Positions 36,501 through 48,779 of a DNA stretch of 64,000 nt are shown here, piece after piece. The notes beneath the pieces were generated by a model, which was not told the DNA's origin, did no database searches, and worked only from the letters and a program-made list of their open reading frames with translations. The DNA is from Amphiscolops sp. MND2022 (taxonomy: Eukaryota), in assembly GCA_964187785.1 (NCBI GenBank), contig OZ076409.1, forward strand, positions 48,238,001 through 48,302,000, given 5' to 3'. Positions within the stretch are counted from its first letter, which is position 1. Each line of letters begins with the position of its first letter. The position numbers were made by a program, and so were the translations under genes.

Positions 36501-38194
36501 ACGTCGGTCACATAGCATATTTGTGCTGTCTCTATTACTTTGCCAGACCCCGACTTTTCGGACAGTCGTAGGATAACAGCCCCTAAAATTGGGATGACGT
36601 CACGATTCACTGCCGACATTTTTGTTTTCACGGGTATGAGGTCCAATTTTTTGAAACACAGTCTGTGGATGATTTTGATCCCAACTAAGACAGATTGACA
36701 ACCAGTATCAGCCGTCATGGCTATCATAATCTGGCGTGTCCTTGTCTGAAGGCGGTACCCCAGCTCCTCAGAGTCTTTTATGTGAGCGCGGGCAGTGAGA
36801 GAAACTGTCGGTTGTGGCGGCGACCATCTTGTGATCCAGCCGTTTCTGTCGTCGAAAATGTGGTGGTCAAGGACGACCGCCTGTTTACCGGTTTATGAGA
36901 GATGACCGTGCAGGCTACCGAGATGTTGCACATTTTGTGAATGACAGTGTTGGATTCATCCACATCCTTCGTTGTGTTTCCACCGATCCTTTTGGGTTTA
37001 GACCTACAGACGTTGGTGAAGTGGTTTCTTTTGTCACGCTTTGAACAAATTTTGTCCCAGGCTTTGCATTTCTCCTTCCTAGCCTGTGTATCGCGGCCAT
37101 CACCACGGCCTGGTTTTCCACAATTTCAGCATTTGACTATGTGTTGGTCTTTGTCCGTCTGTTCATACGAGGATACTGTCGCAGCACTCGGGTTCTGGAG
37201 AGTTCCTTGTGATCGTTTACCAGCTTCTTTGGCATCTATGAACTTGATCGTGTCCTCCAGGGTCATGTCCTAGTCGTTATGTCCCAGTACATCTTGCTGG
37301 ATGTCGCTGTAGCCAAGTCCTCTAAAGAGAGCGTCACGGACCATGTCGTCAGTGTAATTGACTGCTTCAAATGGTATGTGAGAGCATTTTTTCGAGAACT
37401 TGTAGACCTTAGCTTGGCCTCGTAAGCGAGCGGCAAAGCTCCTAACACCCTTTTCTCTGTCCTGTGTCATTGTCAGGAGAGTCATTCTGCTGACCATGGC
37501 GTTCTTAGCCTTCACGGCTAGAGCCTTGATTGCTGTCAGAGCGTCTATCGCGGTTGCCATGGCGATGTTTGAGTGGGAGCGGTGGAGGTCCTTGCGTAGA
37601 CTGTCTTCACAACATTCGAGGAGCTGCAAGGTGGCATCATGGTCGGCTATGCGTGTGGCTGTCTTGTAGGCGTCCCACTCGGTGATGGTGATGAGGTGCT
37701 CCCAGTCTTCACTCGTATTCTCTTTAGGCACTTTCGAGCGAGACAATTTGTCAGGTTCGGCCTGTTGACAGGCGGCGGGGGCATGTGAATACCCGTGCAC
37801 CGTGAAAAGTGCGATGGCTTGAGCCGCTTCAATATCCCACGTGGCGTAGGTACATCCTTCAATGGGGCAATTGAGCACCACCATGGCTGGCGGACACGTT
37901 TACTGGTTTGTTTTCTGCTCGGAGCACACGACACGTGATACTACAAGGTGATATTCATGAGCGATACAATTGTAGCTCCGATCCAGTTCAGGTTTTGTTA
38001 GGAATAAGATGCAAAGGAACGAACTAACGGGAAAAGGGTAGATGTTCCTTGTTTGCAGGATCTTTGTAGATTGCAGAAGTTGTTGAGAATAGATGATCAT
38101 ATGGAAACCTCTATTTGTAGAAACAGTGTTAATAAAACATTTATTTCATACAATGATCCTCTGAAGTAAAATGACACTTGAAAATACATCTATA
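33599..38194 (-). mobile_element. Degenerate Ty3/Gypsy LTR retrotransposon, Mag-like, short LTRs
   Basis: ~95-bp direct repeats at 33599-33694 and 38100-38194. Gag 37270-37884 plus two degenerate zinc knuckles ~37000-37135; protease ADTGCQS (~36700); RT (GKPRCLVDMQVLN, NGFHSVP, KCIDD); integrase HSAHQG...CADYF...SDGGPE...SNGRAE. Many stops and frameshifts. Confidence 0.92.
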
Positions 38195-39013
38195 AATTTT
38201 ACGATCTGTTATAATAGAGTTCGCGACATTGTACAGCCAACTTATTCAAAGGGACGAGATTGTTATGCCAGGACTGAGTGGGAATTTCGGCTAGATCCTT
38301 GCCAGCTTCGATTTTTCATTCCGTTTCGGTCGCTGTTTTTCGGCAATTTTTTGATTGGCTCGTCGTTTTATGTATCAGATGACAAAAAACAGCTGACCCT
38401 GCACTTCTTTATTTTCTTGCGCTTCTTTCTGACAACCTCGTCCTCGCTTTCCGAACTCGATGTTGATGAGCTTGACAGATTCAGGGATTCATTGACGTTT
38501 GCAACTTCTTTAGTTCAGTTTTAACATCCATTTGAACGTTTTCCAAGTACGAAAACTCCAACTGGGGTTGAACACATAACTCAGTACTCTGAGTTACAGC
38601 GACTTACTTGTTATGACAAGTAAAAGACATTAACGTCAAATCACCGATGTTTGGGAGTTGTCCACCCAATTGGATTATGGCTGTTCTATTTAATTGTAAA
38701 ATAGCAAACTCGTCACTCGGTAATTCCATTAGTGAGCAACTGTTCTGTTCAAAAGTCAAACTAGAAATGAATTGTGATGAGAATTCGTCCGTTTGGATGA
38801 AATTGAAGAAAGAAGTGACTTCTCGCACACTTGACTTCTGTTATGACTCACATAACTCATTCTTGTGTAAGTGGAAATAATATAAAACTTTTGGATGCCG
38901 AATGATGCATTAAGTAAACTTCTGCGTCAAGGCAGTAACTGAGGTAACAAAAACATCTTTGATTGAAAAAAATAACGAACCATCGATAGTTTTTCCGACA
39001 TCCAGTACGCCAT

Positions 39014-41965
39014 AGAGTTTCCCCATTTCGAAACGGAGTGTCGAATTGACAATTGAATTTTACCGTCTTTGTGCGACGCTACTCTCGGCAAGTTGGGCAG
39101 AATCATTTCCCTTTAGGGGGTTTATCGATACCGACACAGGTATAATGGAACCATTTAATGGGACATTCTGGGTCGTCACACCCTAAAATATCGGTGTTGA
39201 ATGTTCCTCTGCGAAGACAAAAACTACCATCATCTTTCTGCGGGTATGGATTCAAAAGATTTAGAGACGAAAGAATCTTTTGGAAGATAACAAGGTTTAA
39301 CTCTGTCTAAACTTACTCTCGCAGAATTGTTAGCTTGTTGAATTAGCATAGTTTTTGAATCACGTTCCAACACCGGAAAAGGACCACTATATGGTGCTTC
39401 CAAATGCCGTTTTGTGCGATCTACTCGCAGCCAAACATGGGAGCAATCCTGGAGAGCTTTGGGTTGGTAACTTATCCTTGGAAGTAATTTGCTGGATGGT
39501 GCAACCTGAAATTCCAAAAGCTGCAAATGAGTTGATAATTTGGAAACATAATCGATTATCGCGAGTAAATCTTGGTAGAGTGTCATTACCGAATATATTA
39601 GGAACGAAAGCATCAGAACCGGTGACTATTTGAAAAAGCGATACTCCTTGAGAATTTGGAATGATGTGATGGTGGTAGTACTACTGGTAAGGCTTTAATC
39701 CGTGGTAGAGGCGAGGCCGCTAAAGATGGCTTTAGTGTTCTGTGATAACGTTCAATTTTTCCAATTGCTTGAGGCTGATAAGGTGCAGTACGCAAGCGTG
39801 CAAAACCAAGCAATTTGGATGTTCGGCAAACAAATCGGATTCGAATTGAGGTCCCTGGTCAGTTGTGATTTATAATGGAACTCCAAATCTCAAAAAACAG
39901 CTTGACATGAACGTTTCAGCAACCAAAGTGGCAATAATTGAACTTATTGGAGTGGCTGCAACCCAATTGGTAGAACGATCGATGAAAGATAAAATATACA
40001 TGTGAGGGCAATCAGACACCGCAGGTAATGGTCCAACTATGTCCATATGCAAATGTTGAAATCGAGAAGGAAATCCTTCAGTTGGTGGTATCGGTGTGAT
40101 TGTATGTCTTGTGACTTTGCTCTTCTGGCATTCGAGGCATTCCTTGCACCATTCTTTGATGTCCTTGGACGAATTAGGCCAAGTGAAACGTGCATTATTA
40201 AGCTTGTTGGTTGCTTTCCAATTTGGATGCGACATGTTGTGAAAGTTCAAAAACAATCTTTTTCTCATGTGTTTAGGAACAATTGGGCGAGGTATAATAT
40301 TGTTGTCACACAAGATTGTTGTATTTGGTGGAATTTGTACTGATTTCATGCCGTGGCCTTAAACATTGTTCATTTCTTTTTTGATTTCTGACGTTTGCGC
40401 CTTAGCATTCGACTGTAAGTCGAAAGGATCGCACGTGAGAGCGGATATAAATTTCAGCTGATCTGTGTTTACTTCCTCAACCTCAGGACGAGACAAACAA
40501 TCAGCAACATCGTTTGAATCACCAAAAATATGGATTATATCATCTATAAAATCTGATAAAAACGAAAACTGGGGAGATTGTCTCGGAGAATGGTCGGCCT
40601 GTTTTTCGGAACGAAGCAATAATAGGTTTGTGACCCGTAAAAACCCCACAATGTCTCTTTTCTATGTAACGTAAAAACCGCCAGCCACTCTTTATCGACT
40701 ACTGAAAAATCACGCTCGGCAACTGATAACTTACGGGAAAAAAAGCGAGTGGGACACTGGTTCCATCCATTCTATTGACATGCAAAACGCCTCCAATGGC
40801 CTTGTCGGAAGCGTCCGTCGTAATTGTGAGCGTTCCATCGGGAATGAATGATATAGCAAGACACGTTCGGCTAATTTTTCTATAGGTTTGACAACGCTTC
40901 GATGTCCCCTTGCAAATTAGTGTCATTTGCAACTTTTGAATAACGCGCTGGTTGACCTTCGTCCAGTAATAATTGCAGTGGTTCTACTATTTCGGCGTAA
41001 TGAGGCACATGCTGTCTATAAAGAGAGAACATACCCTTCATCCTTCTTAGATTTTGATGTTGGCCGAGGCCAGGTTTTTATCGTTCCCGCTTTGTCTGCC
41101 TTTAGTTGTAGTCCTTCAGACGTGATCAGGAATCCAAGGAACTCAACTTCGTCTTACATCCATTCACACTTTTTCGAAGAACAACGGAGCCCGAACTTCT
41201 TCAATCGATCCAAAACAGCTGCGACATCTTTCAAATGGGTTTCAATATCTTCTGAAGCAATCAGCACATCATCGACAAAAGCAAAAACCATATCAAGACC
41301 TTAAAAAAACTGAATTCATGAACCTTTGGAATTTCTGTCCTGCGTTCCGGAGACCGGAAGGCATTCTTGGAAACTCGTACAACCCAAACCGTGTTGTCAC
41401 TGCTGTTTTTTTGATGTCATCAGAATGTATTGGTATCTGAAGGTATGCCTTAACCAAGTCCAACTTGCTGAAAACTTTTTTTCCGAATAAATTGAAATCT
41501 GATAATTGAGGAAGGGGATAGCAGTCGCGTGTTGTAACGGCATTCAGTTTTCTATAATCTTCGCGAGGGGTCCAATCATTTGGTTCTTTCTTTGGTACCA
41601 TGTGTAACGGTGAAGCAAATCGACTACAAGGGGGTCGATAAATTCCAGTATTAACCATTGATTCAAAACACTGCTCTGCTATTGTGTATTTTTCCGGACA
41701 TAGTCTTCTTGGAGTTCCCAATGGGCTGTCAGCGGTGAGCTCTAATCAATGAACTGTTTGATGCAGTACCGTCCCTTCAAAGTCGACATCTCCAAACACG
41801 TCTTTGCCCAAAATAGTTTGTAAACGTTCGTCCCCGACATCAGGAATATCGATGTCAACTTTAGTTACAGAAAGATGGTTGCATGTTGAATTTCGTTGTC
41901 GTAGAGAGTGTAGTTGTGTTGTCTTTAAGTAATCCGTTTTTACAGTCTATGAAAAATTATTTCGA
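39014..41965 (-). mobile_element. Degenerate Ty3/Gypsy pol (RT-RNase H-integrase-PHD), 5'-truncated
   Basis: RT ASPLHMVPKK, FSKLDLVKAY, GLRNAGQKFQR, FVDD; RNase H TDASDKAIGGVL; integrase HNMSHP...CLECQKSK, LHMDIVGPLP, TDQGPQFES, KIERYHRTLK; GPY/F motif YSGPFPV. Purine-rich GGGGAAAC followed by TATGGCG at 39014 suggests a PPT and 3' LTR start. Confidence 0.92.
39088..39222 (-). pseudogene. ING-type PHD finger at the C-terminus of the Gypsy integrase
   Basis: Single frame: FCLRRGTFNTDILGCDDPECPIKWFHYTCVGIDKPPKGK*FCPTC. This is the C4HC3 pattern with one C->R (cgc) and one W->stop (tga, 39105-39103). It is one frameshift away from integrase ORF 39230..39613. Confidence 0.88.
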
Positions 41966-41989
41966 TTCCAAGGATATTACAAGACGCAT

Positions 41990-44800
41990 TAGCGACGTTT
42001 AGCGAACGCCTTTTGGAAGTCTAAAAGGATGAGGGATACATTTTCATGAGACCATGAATCACAATTTTCCGAAACAGCGTTGAGGATCCGTAGATCTGGA
42101 GACCGTCTAGGTCGAAATCCATATTGGCTGTCGCTGCAAAACTCAAGGAAGCATCAAATATAGTTTCATATACTCTCAAGATTTTCAATCAGATGGTTAC
42201 AAGGCCGATAGGCCTATAATTGTGAACATCGGTTTGAAGCCCTTTTTAAAGTCAGGAATAACATTCGTATGTGTCCATATTTGCATGTTTCCATGAAAAT
42301 CCTGGTCCGGGCAATGTTTTGTACAATTTTGAAGTTATGAAAGGTATAATTTCTGGAAGAGATTCCTTGGAAAATTGCGGCGGAAGTAAATCACTGCCTT
42401 CACTCTTGCGGAGCTTTGGAGCACTGAGATGTCGGTGAATGCCTTCGTTATTGAAATGAAGGCGTATACTACCAGCAGAAGGAATATTAACAGTAGTTTC
42501 AGTGGAAAGTGCAGGCCAAATGGAGCTGAAAAATTGGTTGAAAAGGTTGGTTTTGTCGGCTGAGGTTCTTGCGTTTTTTGATTTCCAGTGTATTTGATTC
42601 GCGGTTACTTCACTTTTTTACCAAGCTTTCTCAAATATCCGAACAGTTCTTTGAGTATCTCGTAGCAAGTTTTATTGTCATAGAGACGCACGTTTAGTTT
42701 GGTCTTAATGAGATCAAATTTCTGTTTCTTTGCTTCATTGAAAGGATATTCCTCGAGAAGCTTCTCGGCAGTGTTTAATTTTCTCATGAGATTTGAAGAT
42801 TATTGACTTTCCCAAAGTGGGGGCGAATAACGGTGTTGGGTGCGTTTGGGGTGTTTTTCTAACTTTTTCTTGACCCAGTCAAACCATTCATTCAACATTC
42901 TATCTATGTTCGAATTAAACTTGGGTAAAAAAAGATCGTTAATGATGTCAGACTTCAAGAAAAAAAATTACATCGACAAACGCTGTAAGTGTTTGTGCGC
43001 CCTTTGGCTTGGGAAGTTCCACGTCACATGAAATTGTCATCAAAATAGGACTGTGATTTGATTTAACTGTGGAGGACTCAATTAACTGTGTCTACTTGGA
43101 CATTTCCGATTAGGTCTGGAACGGTGGTCAGTACGATATCTAGAAGACGAGATTTCCTCGTGTTGAAATTCACATTTTGTGCGAAATTATAGCTGTAAAT
43201 TAGTTCCAAATTTGCGGACTGATAAACGTTCTCGGAAGTTTGACTGTTCCAATTTGTTTTATTAATATTCAGATCGCCCATAATTGTCCACCAAACACAA
43301 CACTGTTCGCTTAAAAGGTTTCTTCCCATTTTCAAGTGGTTCTATAGGCACTATTTTCAGGAGGATTGTAGAGGATACAACATCAGAAAGATGATGAGAT
43401 ACGACTAATTTTTGCAGCTGAGCTTGTTTGTTGTAAATTTGAAGTTGTCATGGAGAGGGGCAAGTGTGAAATCTTTGTCTTGATTCCAAGCAAGGCACCC
43501 CCATGCTGAGTTGCAGAATTTGTAAACTGCCGGTCTCCTCGTAAAACTGAATACCTTGGCAGGAATAACTCTGCATTTTTCATGCCCGGTGTAAGCCAAG
43601 TATCAGTTAGGCAGAACAAGTCGAAGTTTCAAATCAGAATAGACTGAGAAGGATGTTTTAGCCTTCTCTGGCAAGTTTTGATGCTTCGGAGGTTTAAGAG
43701 CAGGATTTTCAAAGGTAGTCACTTTTCTTTTACCTCAGTCGGTTGAAGGGCAAATCTCTTTGCTTTTGACGGTTAGTTTCAGATGTCTTATCTTGATGTT
43801 CTTCAGTGATTCATCTGCGTTGATCAACTCACGTCGAGTTTGGATCAATTCATGCTCGAGTTTTTGTTCTTTTCTATTGAGAGCTCTGCTCAAACAGATT
43901 GGGCTTCCATATTCTTTGAGCATGTATCCTTTTGAAGGAATCTTTTTGACATCCCATGGGTTGGAGAGACAGACTAGCAGCGTTCGTGGTCTTTTTTGAT
44001 TGGATGCATATTTTCCAATTCTTCCATTGTAGGAGATTTTCTGACAAAATCAAATGCATCAGAGAGGGAATGATAATCGTAACCTAACAGCTTTTTTCGG
44101 AACTGGCCCGTTTCGTCACTTTTGAGATATAACTTGTGAAGGCCAGCAATTCTGAATTGATGACTCGTTGCTACATTGGACCCATTTCCACATTTTACAG
44201 ACTCTTGAGCAAGAAAAGAAGGAAGAGTTTTCCAAACGATGCAATTTTATTCAGCGACTGTTTTTTGAAGCGAAGTCAATGGTTCTTTGATTGGTTTCAG
44301 AGACACCTCTAAACTTTCAATAGTACGTGTCAGAAGAGATTCGGTCTTGCTTTTTCAAACTTGAAATACTTATCAAACTTTTTATCAAATTTTGAAGTAG
44401 CAAATGGAATGGTCTCACCGGAATCATTGCAGGATTGATATTTCCAAAGTTACCCTGGGACTTTCTTCAGTTGAGATAGGATGCTTAAAGGAACACGAAC
44501 ATAATCTTTGTGGAACCAAGAAGCACATTGTTGGCAGTGCAGACTTCCACTCTTGCACTCCTCGAGACATTGGTCACACGGCCAAGGTCGCTGTAAGTTC
44601 GTTCCGGTTTTCTTCGACTGTTTTTCTCGTAAATGGTGAAGCATAGTTGTTTTTTCTTTGGTACGAGCTCTTTATTTAATAAGTTTATATGGCATATATG
44701 GCATCTTATTGCTTGGCCTTTACCGAACTGACCTGTTGTCTTACTGGTAGCCATTTGCGATGCATTGAATTTTCAAATCATTGCATTGACTGAGTGCATT
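41990..44800 (-). mobile_element. CR1/L2-group LINE, 5' part intact and 3'-truncated; ORF1 with PHD finger, ORF2 APE + start of RT
   Basis: ORF1 CDQCLEEC...CQQCASWFH (~44500-44580); APE FCLTDTWL, HGGALLGI, IMGDLN, LLDIVLT; RT NYRPI, QYGFRP, LDFQKAF ending at ~42000. Confidence 0.85.
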
Positions 44801-45339
44801 GACCTGTGTTCCAAGAAAAAAGTTTCATGCAGAAATTTGAATTATATATGCATCCACCAGACAAATTGTCATTTTCTAGTATCCTCCATTAATCCATCAG
44901 CATGTAATTTCGAAGCCTAGTGTATTTAGGTTATCCATTATGGCATGTGCGGAGGCACGTGCCTAAGCGTGATGTTCACATAGTTTTCAATTTTTGGTTG
45001 CGATTGACTCTTTGAAGTTTTGACAATGTTTCAATCAGCTGACGTTTTAGTCAGAAACGTGTTTGGTTTTCATTTTATGTGCAGTATCTAGATTCCTCCG
45101 ACACTTAGATGTAAGCTATTATTTTTGATTAGGTGCCCTTTCAGAAATTTTGATATTTGAAGTATGTTTTTTATTCTGTTCTGTGGAAATGAGAGAATTG
45201 TGAGTGTCATGGCGAAGGGGCTATATACAGCTTCAACCCCCTGAAGCAGACACAGTATTACGAACCATTCTGATGTTCACACTGTTGCAAAATTCGCTTT
45301 TCCTATTCAAGTTCAAATATTTCGAATTGGCTAATTTTG

Positions 45340-46360
45340 ATGCCTGTCACTAGAAAACAGAAAAGTAAAGCGAGACGTTCAGGAGATGCAGATATGATCC
45401 CAGACTTTTAAGGAACAAGGACGAAATAATAGGAAGTGCTCATTATGAAAAGGAGAGAGTGAGTTTGGAACTTCTGGCAGAAGGCCTGGAAGCCCCATTG
45501 ATGATGCTCTATTTCATCCGATTTCTTTCTCGTTCTCAAACTCAAGACAGAATGAAATCAGGGGATTTGACGGAAATGGTCAAAGTACCACTAAAATAGA
45601 TTCCGGTAGTGAGGTGAGCAGGTTATCTGGGGAATTAAACAAAAGAACAACACAGGAATTGAATGGGTTGATGAACAAAGTTAATTTGCAGATCGAGAGG
45701 GCCGATACACAGGACCGATACAGAGCCCCATTGATGATGCTTTATTTGACCCTTATTCTATCTCTTACTCAAACTCACGAGAGAATGAAATCAGGGGATT
45801 TGTAGGAAATGGTTAAAATACCTTTAAAGTAGATTCCGGTAGTGCGTTGAGCAGGTTTACTCGGGGAAATAAACCAAAGAATAACACAGGAAAAGAATGG
45901 GTTGATGAACAGTGTTAGCTTGCAGATACAGAGGGCCGATACAGAGCCCCATTGATGATGCTCCATTTGATCCTAATTCTTTCTCGTTCTCAAACCCAAG
46001 AGAGAATGAAATCAGGGGATTTGCCGGAAATGGTCAGAATACCTCTGAAGCAGCTTCCGGTAGTGAGTTGAGAAGGTTTACTCGGGGAAATAAACCAAAG
46101 AATAACACAGGAAATGAATGGGTTGATGAACAGTGTTAGTTTGCAGATACGGAGGGCCATATATGAGGCTATGAATGAGCAATTTCTGCCTCAACTCCAA
46201 GCCTCACTTTGGGCTGTCAACGGACAACAGTCCCATAGTGGACGGAACTTTCCGGGCGAGAATGTAAATCCGAAGATACTTTTAGCAGGAAGGTTGAAAG
46301 TAGTTCTAGAGATGAACTCCTCAGAATTTCAAATCGTGAAAAAGATGATGATGCTCGTTA
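45340..46360 (+). repeat. Decayed coding-like repeat with three tandem ~220-235-bp units
   Basis: agccccattgatgatgct...agaatgaaatcaggggatttg...gaatgggttgatgaaca recurs from ~45491, ~45724 and ~45944. The region begins ATGCCTGTCACTAGAAAACAG (MPVTRKQKSKARRS). Confidence 0.7.
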
Positions 46361-48567
46361 CATGCCATGAGAGCGTGAAACCTCACTTCCCTCAGCCTCT
46401 TTCATGTAGTGGACTCTTCCGGCTACAAAATCGTTAGGCTGTTCCTGGTACTGCTGTTCCATCTGGTCGGATGCTGGAAACATTGTTACGTCTGCTAGGC
46501 AGAGATTGCTGCCGACAAACACCCGAATGCTGGTTTTCCTAAAAGATAATTTGAAGTAATTTTTTGTAATTTGTCGTTGAAATTTTTGCATTGCATTGCA
46601 TTTGCATTGAATTGCGATTCTCTGGTCTGAATTGCATTGGCATTTAATTGATTTTGAAAAAGCCTGCATCGCACACCATTACTTACAGGTAGTAAAGATC
46701 GCGACTTGTTTGAAGAAACATGTGAAAAATCAATCACGAGAGAGTTTTAGCTAAAGATTTAATCGCTAAGATCTCAAGCGAACATTTTAAACAATCAGAT
46801 TTTGTGCTTATGGCACGAATGGTGACCATTTTAGACCTTGGGAAAATTTGCATTTGAGCGTATCATTCCGTTATATTTTATGTGTTAGGTCGTACGCGTT
46901 AGAACCTATTCAGGTTTTCAGCTTAGAGGACAAAAAATTAGTGAGAAAATAATACTCCAATAAGGTTGCTATCGTGACAAACGGAAAGCGTTGAATGGCA
47001 AAAGTTCAGTCTAGGGTAGCGCAGGTATTCAAGAGGAATGCCTCGAACACAATTTTACGTAGGGTTATATGGCGTCGAAGAATGCTATCTTTAGTGAGAT
47101 AAAACGTTGAAACTTCGGTAACCTGGTTTAAGCGTCATGCAACTGGAGACGCCATGTAACAATGAGAAAAAAGCAGCACCACTGCGCTTCTTGTCGACTT
47201 AGTAGTCAAATAAAATTTCTTGTCAGCAAAATGGCGGAAGTATGGAAGTGTGTTCTAATTTATCAAGTTGCTGGTGAACTTTTGTATCTTTTCATACTGA
47301 ACAGCAATTTTGACGTCTTGTTATTTATATCACGTTTCTGATGATAGAGAATACGCTTCATCCCAATTTTCGACGTTTTAATTGAAAAACAAAATGTTTT
47401 GCTGAAGAAGCCTGGAAACTACACCCCACTCGGTCTTAAAGTCAACGCGGCTTTTTCTACATGGTGCTTTCTGGGAAGCAGGTATTCCAAGGTTCAAATC
47501 CCCCGGTTTGCTCAAAACGTTTTTACGTTTGCTATGGTAAACGAGACCAGAAGGTTGCCCTTTGGTTTCTGGCCCTGTTCGCAATTTCTGAATAAAGTTT
47601 TTCCTGTCAAAACGTGTTTCACTGAGAGAAAAAGTTCACCATTTTGCGTTCTTGATGCTTTCAGTTCAGTTCGAGTGTCAGTGATTTGTAGATACTGTGA
47701 GATTGATGACAGGTTTCTCGGGAATTGTTTTCGAGCGTATCTAACAACTCTAAACTGAACATTCTGCCTTGAAACATGTGCAGTCTGTAATGAGAATTAC
47801 AAGAAATTAAATTCTAGGGTGTTTGCGATCGAAACAAACGTTTTTGAGAGAGTTTGTTGAATCTTAAAAAAACAATGCGATGGTCGCTAAAGATGAGGTT
47901 GTTTTACGGCATTTCGCCTCACTGAAAAAGAATATTGCTGATGAAAAATGAATAACTTTAGAGCTTACTATTGCTCTTTGCCGAAAAAAGAGACGAAATT
48001 ACAGTTGCAAGAGATCTTATTAAGTTCACTTTTCAGCTCATAAATCTTGGTTGGTTCGAAGGTAATGAACAGTAAATTTTTGTGTCATGTTGAGAGTTCC
48101 ATCACAGTGTTTTTTTATGGATATCAATCACACAAGTTGAATGGTTCGCTGGTGCAAACACTGTTTACCACTCGTGATTGTCACACATTTTGTTGGTCTA
48201 TATTCGCAAGGGGAGACTGAAATCATTCAACGAACCGAGAAAGGATCTGAAAAAGATGAATGAACTGAACGAATGACGAATGACTTGCTTCGAACCAATG
48301 CTTTCAGATAGTGTTTCAAAAAAGGGCTTAGCGAGCGCATTAAACATCAAACTGAGGAATTATGTTAATTTAAGCCCTGCTGAATTATCGTTTGGCTTCA
48401 AAGTATCGAATTCAAAGTAAAATGAATGAAACCCCTTTGATCCTTTGATCTTTACGAGGTGCTTCAAAGCACCGAAATAGGTAAAAATTCGTCTTTTTAA
48501 TCCAAACAATTTTTAATTACTCACAAGTTTCGGGGGTTAAGTTAAGATAAAATGAAACGCTTTGCCA

Positions 48568-48699
48568 TTTTCTTTCATAAATTGAGATGAAACTGGGGCT
48601 CTTCTATTATCCAGCCAAATAAACTCTCCTTTCCTTCCGTCCATTTATTTGGCTGGATACTAGAAGAGCCCCAATTTCATCTCAATTTATGAAAGAAAA
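48568..48699. repeat. Near-perfect inverted repeat, 56-bp arms, 20-nt spacer
   Basis: Arms 48568-48623 and 48644-48699 are reverse complements with two mismatches. Confidence 0.9.
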
Positions 48700-48779
48700 A
48701 CTAAATTTACACCCAGCCAGGAGAGAGAATGAGCTTAAGCTGCTCTTCTAGGCTCTCTTCTCTTAATATATACAATATA

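Noticed and set aside
38240..38830. env-like ORF of the second Gypsy element
   Set aside because: It lies beyond the putative PPT/LTR start, is broken by stops, and shows no signal peptide, TM or fusion motif; origin unresolved.
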